From the NCBI RefSeq assembly GCF_006345805.1, contig NC_043024.1, forward strand, positions 18,972,001-19,036,000: a stretch of DNA of 64,000 nt, in the 5' to 3' direction. The DNA is from Octopus sinensis (lineage: Eukaryota). A program made the position numbers and the translations under genes. This document shows positions 1 to 12,650 of this stretch, piece after piece; the stretch's first letter is position 1; the number at the start of each line of letters is the position of its first letter. The notes under the pieces are model-generated. The model made no database searches and was not told where the DNA came from. It worked only from the letters and a program-made list of their open reading frames with translations.

Positions 1-163
1 TATCATCATCACCATTATCATCATCATCATCACCATCATCATCATCATCGTCATCACCATTATCATCATCACCATTATCATTATCATCACTGTCATCATC
101 ATCATCATCATCATCATCACCATTATCATCATCACCATTATCATCATCACCATCATCATCATC

Positions 164-195
<32 letters not shown>

Positions 196-273
196 CATCA
201 ATCATCATCAATCATCATCATCATCATCCCATTATCATCATCACCATTATCATCATCACCATCATCATCATCA

Positions 274-308
<35 letters not shown>

Positions 309-355
309 CCATTATCATCATCACCATTATCATCATCACCATCATCATCATCATC

Positions 356-404
<49 letters not shown>

Positions 405-441
405 CCATCATCATCACCATTATCATCATCACCATCATCAT

Positions 442-474
<33 letters not shown>

Positions 475-591
475 CATCATCATCACCACCATCATCATCA
501 TCATCATCATCATCACCATCATCATCACCATCATCATCATCATCATCATCATCACCATCATCATCACCATTATCATCATCACCATCATCAT

Positions 592-635
<44 letters not shown>

Positions 636-1050
636 CCATCATCATAATCCTCATCATCATCATCATCATCATCACCATCACCATCACCATCATCATCATC
701 ATCATCATCAATCATCATCATCACCATTATCATCATCACCATCATCATCACCATCATCATCATAATCTCATCATCATCATCATCATCATCATCATAATCA
801 TCATCATCATCATAATCATCATCATCATCATCATCATCATCACCATCATCATAATCCTCATCATCATCATCATCATCATCACCATCACCATCACCATCAT
901 CATCATCATCATCATCATCACCATCATCATAATCCTCATCATCATCATCATCATCATCACCATCACCATCACCATCATCATCATCATCATCATCACCATC
1001 ATCATCATCACCATTATCATCATCACCATCATCATCACCATCATCATCAT

Positions 1051-1083
<33 letters not shown>

Positions 1084-1317
1084 AATCATCATCATCATCA
1101 TAATCATCATCATCATCATCATCATCACCATCATCATAATCCTCATCATCATCATCATCATCATCACCATCACCATCACCATCATCATCATCATCATCAT
1201 CACCATCATCATCATCACCATTATCATCATCACCATCATCATCACCATCATCATCATAATCATCATCATCATCATCATCATCATCATAATCATCACCATC
1301 ATCATCACCATCATCAT

Positions 1318-1353
<36 letters not shown>

Positions 1354-1407
1354 CATCATCATCACCACCATCATCATCATCATCATCATCATCACCATCA
1401 TCATCAC

Positions 1408-1457
<50 letters not shown>

Positions 1458-1543
1458 CCACCACCACCATCATCAATTACATCATCATCATCCTTATCAT
1501 GACCATCACCATCATCATCATCATCATCATCATCACTATCATC

Positions 1544-1587
<44 letters not shown>

Positions 1588-1590
1588 TAC
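1..1590. repeat. Long (CAT)n/(CAC)n trinucleotide microsatellite with internal higher-order duplication
   Basis: Continuous CAT repeat with CAC/TAT/AAT variants; runs off the window start; source of the poly-M/poly-D ORFs. Confidence 0.98.
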
Positions 1591-1668
1591 ATCATCATTG
1601 TTGTCGTTGTCAATAACAACATCCACAACAGCCCAACAGGATGGTCATTGCTGAAACATGTGCAGTCG

Positions 1669-2095
1669 TAGGCGCAGGAGCAGCTGTGTGGTAAGTAGCT
1701 TGTTTACAAACCACATGGTTCCAGGTTCAGTCCCACTGCGTGGTACCATGGGAAAGTGTCTTCTACTATAGCCTCGGGCCGATCAAAGCCTTGTGAGTGG
1801 ATTTGGTAGACGGAAACTGAAAGAAGCCCGTCGTATATATGTATATATATATATATGTATGTATGTGTATGTATATGTTTGTGTTTGTGTGTTTGTCCCC
1901 CTAGCATTGCTTGACAACCGATGCTGGTGTGCTCATGTCCCCGTCACTTAGCGGTTCAGCAAAAGAGACCGATAGAATAAGTACTGGGCTTACAAAGAAT
2001 AAGTCCTGGGGTCGATTTGCTCGACTAAAGGCGGTGCTCCAGCATGGCCGCAGTCAAGTGACTGAAACAAGTAAAATAGTAAAGAGAAAGAGAGT
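1669..2095 (+). mobile_element. SINE family A (octopus tRNA-derived SINE with internal microsatellite), full length
   Basis: Head taggcgcaggag..ctgtgtggtaag with A-box-like and B-box-like ggttcagtcc motifs, central (TA)/(TG) tract, tail gactgaaacaagtaaaa(gag); about 20 similar copies in the window. Confidence 0.9.
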
Positions 2096-2244
2096 AGTGT
2101 TTACTTGACTTCTTGATGAGGTTTGGCCTAGGGTTTAACTTGATCATCATCATAATCAACATCGTCATCGTTGTTGTCGTCGTCAACAACAACAACAACA
2201 ACAGCAACATCCACAACAACATCTCCAACAACAACCCAATATAT

Positions 2245-2635
2245 GTGGCTGTGGCAGCACTCCGTCGGTAACGACGATGAGGGTTCCGGTTGATCCGATC
2301 AACGGAACAGCCTGCTGGTGAAATTAACGTGTAAGTGGCTGAGCACTCCACAGACACGTGTACCCTTAACGTAGTTCTCGGGGATATTCAGCGTGACACA
2401 GAGAGTGACAAGGCCGGCCCTTTGAAATACAGGTACAACAGAAACAGGAAGTAAGAGTGAGAGAAAGTTGTGGTGAAAGAGTACAGCAGGGATCACCACC
2501 ATCCCCTGCCAGAGCCTCGTGGAGTTTTAGGTGTTTTCGCTCAATAAACACTCACAACGCCCGGTCTGGGAATCGAAACCGCGATCCTATGACCGCGAGT
2601 CCGCTGCCCTAACGACTGGGCCATTGCGCCTCCAC
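2245..2635 (-). mobile_element. tRNA-derived SINE family D, full length
   Basis: Minus-strand head GGAGGCGCAATGGCCCAGTCGTTAGGGCAGCGGACTCGCGG..GGTTTCGATTCC has A and B boxes; 3' end runs into a (GTT)n tail. Confidence 0.8.
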
Positions 2636-3191
2636 TTATGTGGCTGTAGTGACTACCTGACTAGCCTGGAGTTTAACTTCATCACCATCAACAACAACAA
2701 AAACTTTGAATTTCTTCATTACTTTTAGTCAAACGTATTCCTTCCAGCAACATTTTACCATTCTCAAAAATCTATATAATTTCACTGGAATCTGTCTGTC
2801 TTAAACAGCCTCTTCTAGAACCTTCTGGAATTCTCTCCCCGAGTGATTGATGTCTTTTAACTGTCAAACTTCTTTGTCACGTGACCCAATACGTTCTTCT
2901 TTGGAAGTTCCTCACAAGTTTATGTGTTGAAGTAAATTTGGTGATTTATGAGAAGAGGCGACCGGGTCAACGTTGCACCAGAGGGATAAACACAAAAACA
3001 ACAGGATCCAAGAAGCCTGGGTGGGGGTGGGAGTGTTGATGGTGGTGGTCACAGATAGTGGCATTTGAGGGGTGGGGGTGGGGTCGGGTTTGTGGCGGGC
3101 GGAATCTTTTTCTTTATTGTTTGTTTTAGTAATATCACATTGTGTTGTAATTACTGCTATATAGATATTTATGTGTGTGTGTATATGTATA

Positions 3192-3224
<33 letters not shown>

Positions 3225-3227
<3 letters not shown>

Positions 3228-3598
3228 TAAATGAAAGAATGGAGTCGAATGAAGATTTTAACAAAATTCCTTTACTCTCGACACATGTTTCGAAGACGGC
3301 ATACTTTTAATTCCGAAAGAATAAATGGTGCATTATGCCGTCTTCTCATCAAGAAAGATAAGGAGCCTCTATCAACCACAAGACGAACAAAATTTTTGAT
3401 GATTGCCTACATGGTGACCACAGTGATAATGAGTGTTTTTTAAAATAATCCGTTATAAGCAATGACGTCAAAAATGGGTAGAATGTGGGAGTAGCAAAAA
3501 ATAGGTAGGGGACAATATGTATGCTGTATGTATGGGGATGTGCGGGTGTGTGCTTGTGTTAATGAGTGTTAATGAGTGCTAGGATAATTCATTCACCT
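3225..3598 (-). mobile_element. Short hammerhead-bearing element (family H4, probably a Penelope-like terminal repeat) between (TA)n tracts
   Basis: Non-repetitive 370-bp block flanked by (TA)n on both sides; carries the HHR-like motif at 3276-3357; a related fragment lies at about 25985-26040. Confidence 0.55.
3276..3357 (-). ncRNA. Type-I hammerhead ribozyme-like motif with 12-bp stem II
   Basis: Minus strand: CTTTC-TTGATGA-GAAGACGGCATA-(30 nt)-TATGCCGTCTTC-GAAA-CATGTG-TC-GAGAG. Stem I CTTTC/GAGAG, perfect 12-bp stem II, near-palindromic stem III; C3 is U in this copy. Confidence 0.7.
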
Positions 3599-3600
3599 AC

Positions 3601-3642
<42 letters not shown>

Positions 3643-3814
3643 TAGATAGATAGATAGATAGATGGATATTTTTCTGTATACACTTGAAAAAATATTCATA
3701 TATATATATATTTATATATATATATATATATATATATAAAGAGAGAGAGAGAGAGAGAGATATAGACATTTTTCTATATATGCTTGAAAATATATTCATA
3801 GTCTCAACTCATGG

Positions 3815-5005
3815 CTTGCCAATTCATCCTTCATGGATATCCCCTAACCACTATCCACACAGCCCTTGCCAGAGCACATTCCATGAACTGTACCTCTGCT
3901 CTCTCTCTCCCCATACCCGCCCTGCCATTGTCCATCTCCCGTTTCTCCTCACCTACCACTGCTCCACCCTGTCCCTCCAATGCATCATTCTCCAAACCTT
4001 CCAGCAACTCCAGTCTGACCCCTCCACCTCACACATCTTCCCCAGCCTACCCCTTCCTGCCTTCAAACAAGCCCACAACCTGCGTGACCTCCTCGTCCAC
4101 AGCTTCTTCTCTAACTTCACCTTCCAACCTGGCTTGGTCCCCTGCTTCTGCTCATGCTGCTGCACTTGCTCCTACCTCTCCAACCTCACCATCCTCACAG
4201 GCACCCATTATCATCCCTATCATGTCACCAACTCCTTTACCTGCACTTCTAGCAATGTCATTTACTGCATCTCCTGCTCTTTCTGCCCTTCTCTGTACAT
4301 TGGTCAAATGGGATGAGTGCTTGGCTGACCAGTTTGTGGAGCACCTCCAAGACATCAGACTTGGTAATGACACCCTGGTCTCGTGCCATTTCCACTCTAC
4401 CAGTCAGTCACTACAACACCTGTCTGTGTTTGGATTGTCTTTGCACAGGAGCCATCCAGACTCCTGTCTTCACTGAGAATAGGAATTAATCTTCTCTCTT
4501 TACTCCTTTGCACCACATGGGCTCAACTTCCTGCCTCTCTTCATCTGACTCACCTCCTCTCCTCTCTTCATCCAACACCAACTTCCTCTCTTCACTCCTA
4601 CCCACCATTCCTCTCTCTTCCTCTGACAGCTACTTCCTCTCCTCTCTTCCTCTGACAGCTCCTTCCTCTCTTCACCCCTGCCCACCTTCTCCCTTCATTG
4701 ATACCTCCTCCACTTACCTCCACCCATATCCCCACGCATGTGCGCCTTTGTTTTGGGATCACCAATAGTTATTTATCTCCCCTTCTTTCAACCTCGCCTG
4801 TCAAACAATTTTTTTTCCTACCAGTCACCATTCTTAACTGCTAAATCCACGAGTTCTTTTATTCTCTCTGTCTTTAATTTTTCTTCTTCTTTTCTGTTGA
4901 AGAACGTAGGCTCCAAGCGTAAAAGACTTACCTACTTTTCTGAGCATCAAACTATTACACCTGCTTGTTGTTCATACACCTGTCACCTTTTGCTTTTCTG
5001 TAAAT
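3815..5005 (+). mobile_element. Penelope-like element 3' fragment: RT-thumb remnant, GIY-YIG endonuclease pseudo-ORF and 3' terminal region
   Basis: Frameshifted peptides F.LHGYP..TIHTALARA; FTCTSSNVIYCISCSFCPSLYIGQ; LADQFVEHLQDIR..VSCHF match the PLE GIY-YIG with its CxxC motif; followed by a pyrimidine tract and the HHR-like motif. Confidence 0.85.
4890..4925 (+). ncRNA. Degenerate minimal hammerhead motif (family H2, CUGU core)
   Basis: TTTT-CTGTTGA-A-GAAC-GTAG-GCTC-CAAG-CGT-A-AAAG; homologous to 17065-17100 and 25822-25857. Confidence 0.5.
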
Positions 5006-5122
5006 TTCAACTATATATAAATATATATATTGTTGAAGTCATTCACTTGTGAATTTCATCGCACACAACATGGACCAAATTTCTTCTTAAGAAAAAATAT
5101 ATATTCAAATAAATTAAACATA

Positions 5123-5157
5123 ATATCATGAATAGTGATAGCGAAACCGGTCGATAT
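5123..5157 (+). ncRNA. Decayed hammerhead-like motif (core partly deleted)
   Basis: ATATC-ATGA-ATAGTGATAGC-GAAA-CCGG-TC-GATAT: stem I ATATC/GATAT, palindromic stem III ACCGGT and a UC site, but CUG of the core is missing. Confidence 0.4.
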
Positions 5158-5494
5158 ATTAAAACCATGTAAGTGTGCGTATTTTCCTTTTTTAATTTCT
5201 TATATACATTACAACCCACCACGTGGGGACAATCGAAATTCCTCTTTTCTGTTACTACTACTACTACTATATATATATATATATGTATATATATATACTC
5301 ATATACACAAGTGAGTGGACAAACGAAGAAGGGCACTCAACAAAATTATTGGTTGTTACGTGTATGGATCAAAACAGTTTGTTTCAAATTCTTTGGTATT
5401 CTTGAGTTTCAAGCACTTTGAAACTCAAGAGTACCAACGAATATCCCTTGAAATTGCTGGCCTTGTGCCAAAATTTGAAACCAGTATAGGCACA

Positions 5495-6075
5495 AGCATG
5501 GCTGTGGGGTAAGTAGCTTGCTTCTCAACTACATGGTTCCGGGTTCAGTCTCACTGTGTGGCAGCTTGGGCATGTCTTCTATTATAGCCTCGGGCCAACC
5601 AAAGCCTTGTGAGAAGATTTGGTAGATGGAAACTGAAAGAAACCTGTTGTACATATATGTATATCTGTGTGTGTGTGTGTGTGTGTCTTTGTGTCTGTGT
5701 TTGTCCCCTCCCCACCAGTATTAGTGTGGTTACATCCCCATAACTTAGTAGTTCAGCCAAAAGGGATTGATGGAATAAGTACCAGGCTTAAAAAATATGT
5801 CTTTGGGTGGAGATCAACTAAAACCCTTCAAGGTGGTGCTCCAACATGACTGAGCAAATCGACCCCAGTACTTATTCTTTGTAAGCCCAGTACTTATTCT
5901 ATCGGTCTCTTTTGCCGAACTGCTAAGTTACGGGGACGTAAACACACCAGTATCTGTTGTCAAGCGATGTTGGGGGGACAAACACAGACACACAAACATA
6001 TACATACACATACATATATATACATATACATATATACGACGGGCTTCTTTCTGACTGGAACAAGTAAAAGATATT
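5495..6075. mobile_element. Two adjacent SINE A copies (degenerate + copy, then internally deleted - copy)
   Basis: 5495-5850 matches family A head to body on +; 5851-6075 matches family A on -. Confidence 0.75.
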
Positions 6076-6523
6076 TATATTTATTACGAGGCACTTTTAG
6101 GCTGCTATTTCCAGCAAGTCAAACTGCTACATAGAGGCTCCCTCGTTAATTCCTTACAGCAGTAAGGTAGAGGTACTTAGTAAATATTTCTTTGTCTATC
6201 AGACAAATACCTTAACGAGAACCACCATTGGTCTTCCATTAATTCCCCAAACTTACAAATTGCCAACTTTTTCCTATTTTTTAATATTTTTTTTTACTGT
6301 TATTCATAAATTTATTTTACTTTTTTTTATTTCATTCGATTTTATATTTTTTTCATTTTATAAATCTTTTTCATTCTCCTTCATTCATTGTAACAGCAAC
6401 TTCCTTGGCTATTAGCATCTCTCTATTTCCTTACCCAAATATCTGCAGTCACTTCCTTCCTCACCATGACCACCACCACCACCACCATATCCCTTCCCTG
6501 CACCATATATTTATCTGTTTTAC

Positions 6524-6524
<1 letters not shown>

Positions 6525-6564
<40 letters not shown>

Positions 6565-6574
6565 CATACATATA

Positions 6575-6636
<62 letters not shown>

Positions 6637-6774
6637 CATATATACTACATACATATATATTATATATATACATATATATATACTTATATATATATATATA
6701 TATATATATAAAAACTGACTGTAAGCATTATTAAATCTCGCTCTTATATATATTATATATTTATATATTATATA

Positions 6775-6815
<41 letters not shown>
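6525..6815. repeat. (TA)n microsatellite
   Basis: Direct inspection. Confidence 0.95.
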
Positions 6816-7009
6816 ATACGTATCTTTATCTCTACGTCTGACTTGTTTCATCATCTCTCCCGGAAAGCTCTAGAAAGCTCAAGGGTTTCTTTCAAACAGT
6901 CCATTATGTTTAAAGTCGCATTTGCTTTCCTAGTTGATGAATTGTCGCTAAGGCTGGAAATATAGTTTCTGCCTTCAATCTCTTTCCAGTTTCTATGATT
7001 TCCAAAATT

Positions 7010-7136
7010 TTTATCATCATCATCATCATCATTATCATCATTATTGTTGTTGTTGTTGTTTGTGGTGTAGTGCTGTTACAACTGTCATCATTGTTACTTT
7101 TGTTATCTTGTTATGATTATTATTATTATCATCATC

Positions 7137-7170
<34 letters not shown>

Positions 7171-7295
7171 TATTATTTCACTCAAGATTTTAAAAATATT
7201 TTTGATAATATTCTATTTTCCCTTGTCTATTTCACTTAGTATTACTTATTCGTACATACATACATACATATTATATATGAGTGTGTGTGTACATA

Positions 7296-7364
<69 letters not shown>

Positions 7365-7431
7365 ACATATGTATGTATATATATGCATATTTATGTATAT
7401 ATATATATACATATATATATATACATATTTA

Positions 7432-7466
<35 letters not shown>

Positions 7467-7690
7467 GTATGTATAGGTATATAGACATAGGTGTATATGA
7501 ATACATGCATATATATATATATATATATATATATACATGCACACACACACACAAAACACACAAATATCTGTGTATATGTGTATATATAAGTATATACATC
7601 TGTGTCTTGTGTATATATATTCTTTCCTATGTCCTCCTTTAAGCAGTTTTTTTCATTCTTCTTCTTCTTCTTCTTCTTCTTCTTTTAATT
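7010..7690. repeat. Compound microsatellites (CAT/GTT/TAT/TA/CA/TTC)
   Basis: Direct inspection. Confidence 0.9.
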
Positions 7691-7989
7691 GTTATAAGTA
7701 AATAGCAAAGCCATGTGAAAACCCAATGTAAAATGAAACCATCATTGTGTTTATTTTCTCATCCTTCTAATGTCCCCTAACTGTTACCGATCGAACAATT
7801 TCATGTTTTAGAAGAGTAATTCACCTTGCCAAAAATCAATAAATTGACAGACAAAATGCCAATCACTACTTAGTTCCATAACTTCAAATTCTTGGTTCAA
7901 GTCTCACTGGAGTTGGTTTTCTCTGTCATGCTTCTGGAATTGAGAAAATAAAGTAGCAGTTAGATACTGGGGTCTATATACGTGACTCT

Positions 7990-8135
7990 CTTTTATTCTT
8001 TTACTTGTTTCAGTCATTTGACTGCGGCCTACTGGAGCACCGCCTTTAATCGAGCAACTCGACCCTGGGACTTATTCTTTTTGTAAGCCCAGTACTTATT
8101 CTATCGGTCTCTTTTGCCGAACCACTAAGTAACGC
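7990..8135 (-). mobile_element. SINE A 3' fragment
   Basis: cttttacttgtttcagtcatttgactgcggcc...gaaccactaagtaacg. Confidence 0.85.
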
Positions 8136-8204
8136 AGTTCTCCTTTTCCAAAATTTTTGGTATTGGTTCTACGTTTTGTCTTCTATCTTTGATGTTTTAA
8201 AATG

Positions 8205-8441
8205 TGACCTTTTGAGTGGGATGGGTTACTCAACCTGAAGAAAATTTTTACAGGACCCCATCTGCAAGGTCATGCACCATTTATCTTTATAGAAGGTCAC
8301 CCTGTTGTGCACATATGGTTGTAATGCCTGTACGTGGTATACCCTTATCAGACAGGTAGACCTGATGGGCATATTGGGTTTTATACATTTGTACCCCAAA
8401 GTCACTTTGGTGACATGCATTGCTCTCTCTCCCTCACTCAA
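8205..8441 (+). mobile_element. Family E 3' fragment
   Basis: Homologous to the 3' half of 13125-13683. Confidence 0.75.
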
Positions 8442-8554
8442 TAGAAATTATATTTGTTACTGATTTTAGCCCAAGGCCAGCAGGTCTCAGCGAAGTGGGT
8501 TACAAGATTACATCAACCTCATCCCCTCCCAGTAACTGAGTGGTACTTTTTTGG

Positions 8555-8872
8555 TCAAATTTTTTCTTAGGAAAGTGCCGCTGGCACGTAAGAGAACCAT
8601 TCAAACCTGGCCGTTGCCAGCGCCACCCAGACTGGCCTCCGTGCCGGTGGCATGTAAGAAGCACGATCCGATTGTGGCCGTTGCCAGCCTCATCTGGCAC
8701 GTAAAAAGCACCCACTACACTCACGGAGTGGTTGGCATTAGGAAGGGCATCCAGCTGTAGAAACACTGGCAGATCAGACTGGGCCTGGTGCAGCCTTCTG
8801 GCTTCCCAGACCCCAGTTGAACCGTCCAACCCATGCCAGCATGGAAAGCGGACGCTAAACGATGATGATAAT
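8555..8872 (+). mobile_element. Family C: RTE-type LINE 3' tail or derived SINE, with ~60-bp internal repeats
   Basis: gagtggttggcattaggaagggcatccagctgtagaaa...aacccatgccagcatggaaagcggacg followed by a (GAT)n tail. Confidence 0.75.
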
Positions 8873-9079
8873 GAAAGCAGTGTAATTTAGCTCTGAACAA
8901 GGTAAATGGAGTAAGTCTGTTCTCTATTTTATTCAAATGATCGATTAATGGATCAATTAAGAAATGTGGTTTTTTCATTAGGGAATAATGTAGTCTCCAA
9001 TCTTAATGGAAACATGTGTAGGCTACATGGAATAACATGTATAAATACCCATTAGTTTTGTGCCTTTTACTTTTACATA

Positions 9080-9555
<476 letters not shown>

Positions 9556-9557
9556 TT

Positions 9558-9835
9558 GAAGGCATGTGGCCTAGTGGGTAGGATGTTGCCCTCACAATCA
9601 CTAGATTGTGGGCTCAGTTTTCAGACTGAGCAGTGCATTGTGTTCTTGAACAAAGAACTCAATTCACTGTAAATGGGTAACCCAGCAACGGCATAGCCTT
9701 CTGATCTAGAAGAAGGTTGACCTGCTTGCCTAGTCAGCAAGCTGGCATCATTCAGAAACCTAAAACAATGCAAAGGGCATTGTGACCAGCGATGTATAAC
9801 AACATTTGATACTCTGCTCAATCACATAATCACTG
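9558..9835 (+). mobile_element. tRNA-derived SINE family F (degenerate)
   Basis: A-box-like tggcctagtgg head followed by gtgttcttgaacaaag and a body of distinct sequence. Confidence 0.55.
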
Positions 9836-10005
9836 ATTTACATTACAGCTGATACTCATTAGAGTCAATGCTCATTACATCAGCTGCTCACTACAGCTTG
9901 TGATCATTACATTTCCTGCTCATAACAGATGCTGCTCATTATAGCTTGTACTCATTACACCTCTTGCTCATCACAGCTTGTGCTCATCACAACTGCTGCT
10001 CAAAG
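9835..10005. repeat. Degenerate ~15-bp minisatellite (gctcattacagctt-like)
   Basis: About 10 diverged copies of gctcat(t/c)ac. Confidence 0.7.
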
Positions 10006-10119
10006 ATGGATGAAATGCTGCTGAGCATGTCACCTAACAGGCTAACGATTATGCCAGCTTGCTGCCTTAGTATTATTATTAATAATAATAATAGTAATAT
10101 TAATAATAATCCTTTCTAC

Positions 10120-10819
10120 TATAGGCACAAGGCCTGAAATTTGGTGGGAGGAGGCCAGTCGATTAGACCGACCCCAGTACGCAACTGGTACTTAATTTAT
10201 CGACCCTGAAAGGATGAAAGGCAAAGTTGACTTCAGTGGAATTTGAACTCAGAATGTATGCTAAGCATTTCATCTGGCGTGCTAATATTTCTGCCAGTTC
10301 GCCACATTATGCCTTGATAATAATGATAACGAGTTCTTTATAAAAGAAATCATTATCATTATTATTAAGGTGGTGAGCTGGCAGAATCATTAACATGCTG
10401 GGCAAAATGCTTAGCAGTGTTTTGTCTGTCTTTACGTTCTGAGTTCAAATTCCACTAAGGTCAACCTTGCCTTTAATCCTCTTGGGATCGATAAATTAAG
10501 TAACAGTGAATCACAGGGGTTGATGTAATCGATTGGTTCCCCCCCCTCCAAAATTTCAGGCCTTGTGCCTGCAGTAGAAACGATTATTATTATCTTTATT
10601 AAGCTGATGAGCTGGCACAATTGTTTAGCATGTCAGCATTTTAGCTGTCTGTACATTCTGAGTTCAAATTCTGTTGAGGTTGACTTTGCATTTAATCCTT
10701 TCAGGGTCAATAAAATAAGTACCAGTGAAATACTGGGGTCACAGTAATCAACTTACTCTCTCCCCAAAATTGCCAACCTTGTGCCAAAACTTGAAATTAT
10801 TATTATTATAATTATTATT

Positions 10820-10851
<32 letters not shown>

Positions 10852-11095
10852 TATTATTATTGTTAATATTATTATTAGAAGGTGGTGAGCTGGCAGAGTC
10901 GTTAGCACACTGGGTGAAATGCTTAGCAGTATTTCACCCATTGCTATGTTCTGAGTTCAAATACCACCAAGGTCAGCTTTGCTTTTCATCATTTTGGGGG
11001 TCGATAAATTAAGTACCAGTGAAACACTGGGATCAGTGTAATTGACCAGTCCCCTCCTCACAAATTTCAGGCTTTGTGCTTATAGTAGAAAGGAT
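10120..11095. mobile_element. Cluster of four old SINE B copies (older tail type)
   Basis: Repeated ggtggtgagctggcaga..ttctgagttcaaatt..gcctttcatcc..gataaattaagtacc..aggccttgtgcc; one - copy and three + copies separated by (ATT)/(CAT) tracts. Confidence 0.8.
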
Positions 11096-11127
11096 TATCA
11101 TTATTATTATTATTATTAGTATTAGTA

Positions 11128-11176
<49 letters not shown>

Positions 11177-11177
11177 T

Positions 11178-11425
11178 AATTCTATGTTTGCCTTTTGCTT
11201 TATATTTGTACAAGTTGGCTCCAAGTCTCACCCAGAGACCCCAAGAGACAACAGGTTGGAAGTTCATGTTGGTGTTATGCCTAGGGTGCCATATATTTGG
11301 TTTTGTATTTAGTGTTGTACTAGTGAATGTCTAAAAAAACATGAAAATTATGTTTGTTTTAAAACTTGAGATTACAAAGAAAGTATTTTGCATAGGATAT
11401 GAGCAGTTGCCATTATTATTCCCAT
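11178..11425 (-). mobile_element. R4-clade (Dong-like) non-LTR retrotransposon 3' end, in a (TAA)n tract
   Basis: Minus-strand ORF end IMATAHILCKILSL* resembles the R4-clade C-terminal GTAHILRKVL motif; the 3'UTR ends in (TAA)n. Confidence 0.7.
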
Positions 11426-11971
11426 ATTATTATTATAATTATTATTATTATTATTATTATTATTATTGTTATTACTATTATCATCATCATCATCATCATC
11501 ATCATCATGAGGACTCATTAACATGTCAGACAAAATTCTTAGTAGCATTTCTTCAGGCTGTTTATATGCTGACTGCAAATATTACAAAGGTCAACTTTAC
11601 CTTTCGTGTAACCCCTCCCCTCAGAAACTGGTGACCTTGTACCAAATATTACTGTTATCTTCATAATCTAGCATTTTCTTTTCTCGGATGACAAATCCAG
11701 AAGTTTCTCTCCTATATGATGCCACAATTTTTACATCACGCAATAACAATAATAACTATTTATTGAAAAGCTATTATTCATATCTCCTTTGGCACGCTTC
11801 ATTATATACACTTATTATGCTTCTCAACTTAACACCTATTATTTACACAGATTATCCACCAGCTGCACTATCAAGATTAAAAAGGATTAAGTCCTGTAAC
11901 TAAACTTCAAACTTGCTTCATCAAGATAAGTAAGGTTTATTAATTTTCTTGGTGATTCATTATCTTATTTT

Positions 11972-12650
11972 CATGGCTGTGTGGTAAGAAGCTTGGTTAC
12001 TAACCACAAGGTTCTGGTTTCAGTCCCACTGCAAGGCACCTCAGGCAAGTGTCTTCTACTATAGCCTTGGGCTGACCAAAGCCTTGTGAGTGGATTTCGT
12101 TGACAGAAATAAAAAGAAGCCTGGCATATATGTGTGTATGTGTGTTTTTGTGATTGTCTTTGTCCCCCACCACTACTGACAAGTGGTGTTGGTGTGTTTA
12201 CATCCCCACAACTAAGTTCCTTCTCGAGCTATGCCTGGCTCATAGGGCTGGTTTCTTGGTTTCCTTGGCATACAGGTTCCCCACCAGGACGGGATGCTGG
12301 TCCATCGCAGGTGGACTACAAAATGCAGGAGGAAAGAGTGAGAGAAAGTTGTGGCGAAAGAGTCAGTAGAAGTTTGCCATTACCTTCTGCCGGAGCCGCG
12401 TGGAGCTTAGGTGTTTTGCTCATAAACGCACACATCACCCGGTTTGAAATTCGACCCAGCGATCCCTCGACTGCGAGTCCATTGCTCTTACCACTAGGCA
12501 ATGTGCCCCCACTACAACTTAGTGATTCAGCAGAAGAGACTGATAGATTAAGTACCAGGCTTTAAAAAACGAAATTATGTTCGGAGGTTGATTCATTCAT
12601 CTAAAAACTTCCACAACGTAGTGCCCCAGCATGGCCACAGTATAATAAGT
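11972..12650 (+). mobile_element. SINE A copy interrupted by a family-D-related SINE (12230-12500, minus strand)
   Basis: Family A stops at ccccacaact (~12212) and resumes at ccccactacaactt (~12506); the insert has a tRNA-like head and shares gagtgagagaaagttgtgg(c/t)gaaagagt with 2245-2635. Confidence 0.7.

Noticed and set aside
224-1476. Long poly-Met/poly-Asp ORFs
   Set aside because: Translations of a (CAT)n microsatellite; no splice or coding context.
2560-2635. Possible tRNA gene on the minus strand
   Set aside because: It has A/B boxes but no proper acceptor stem or T-run terminator, and continues into a SINE body.
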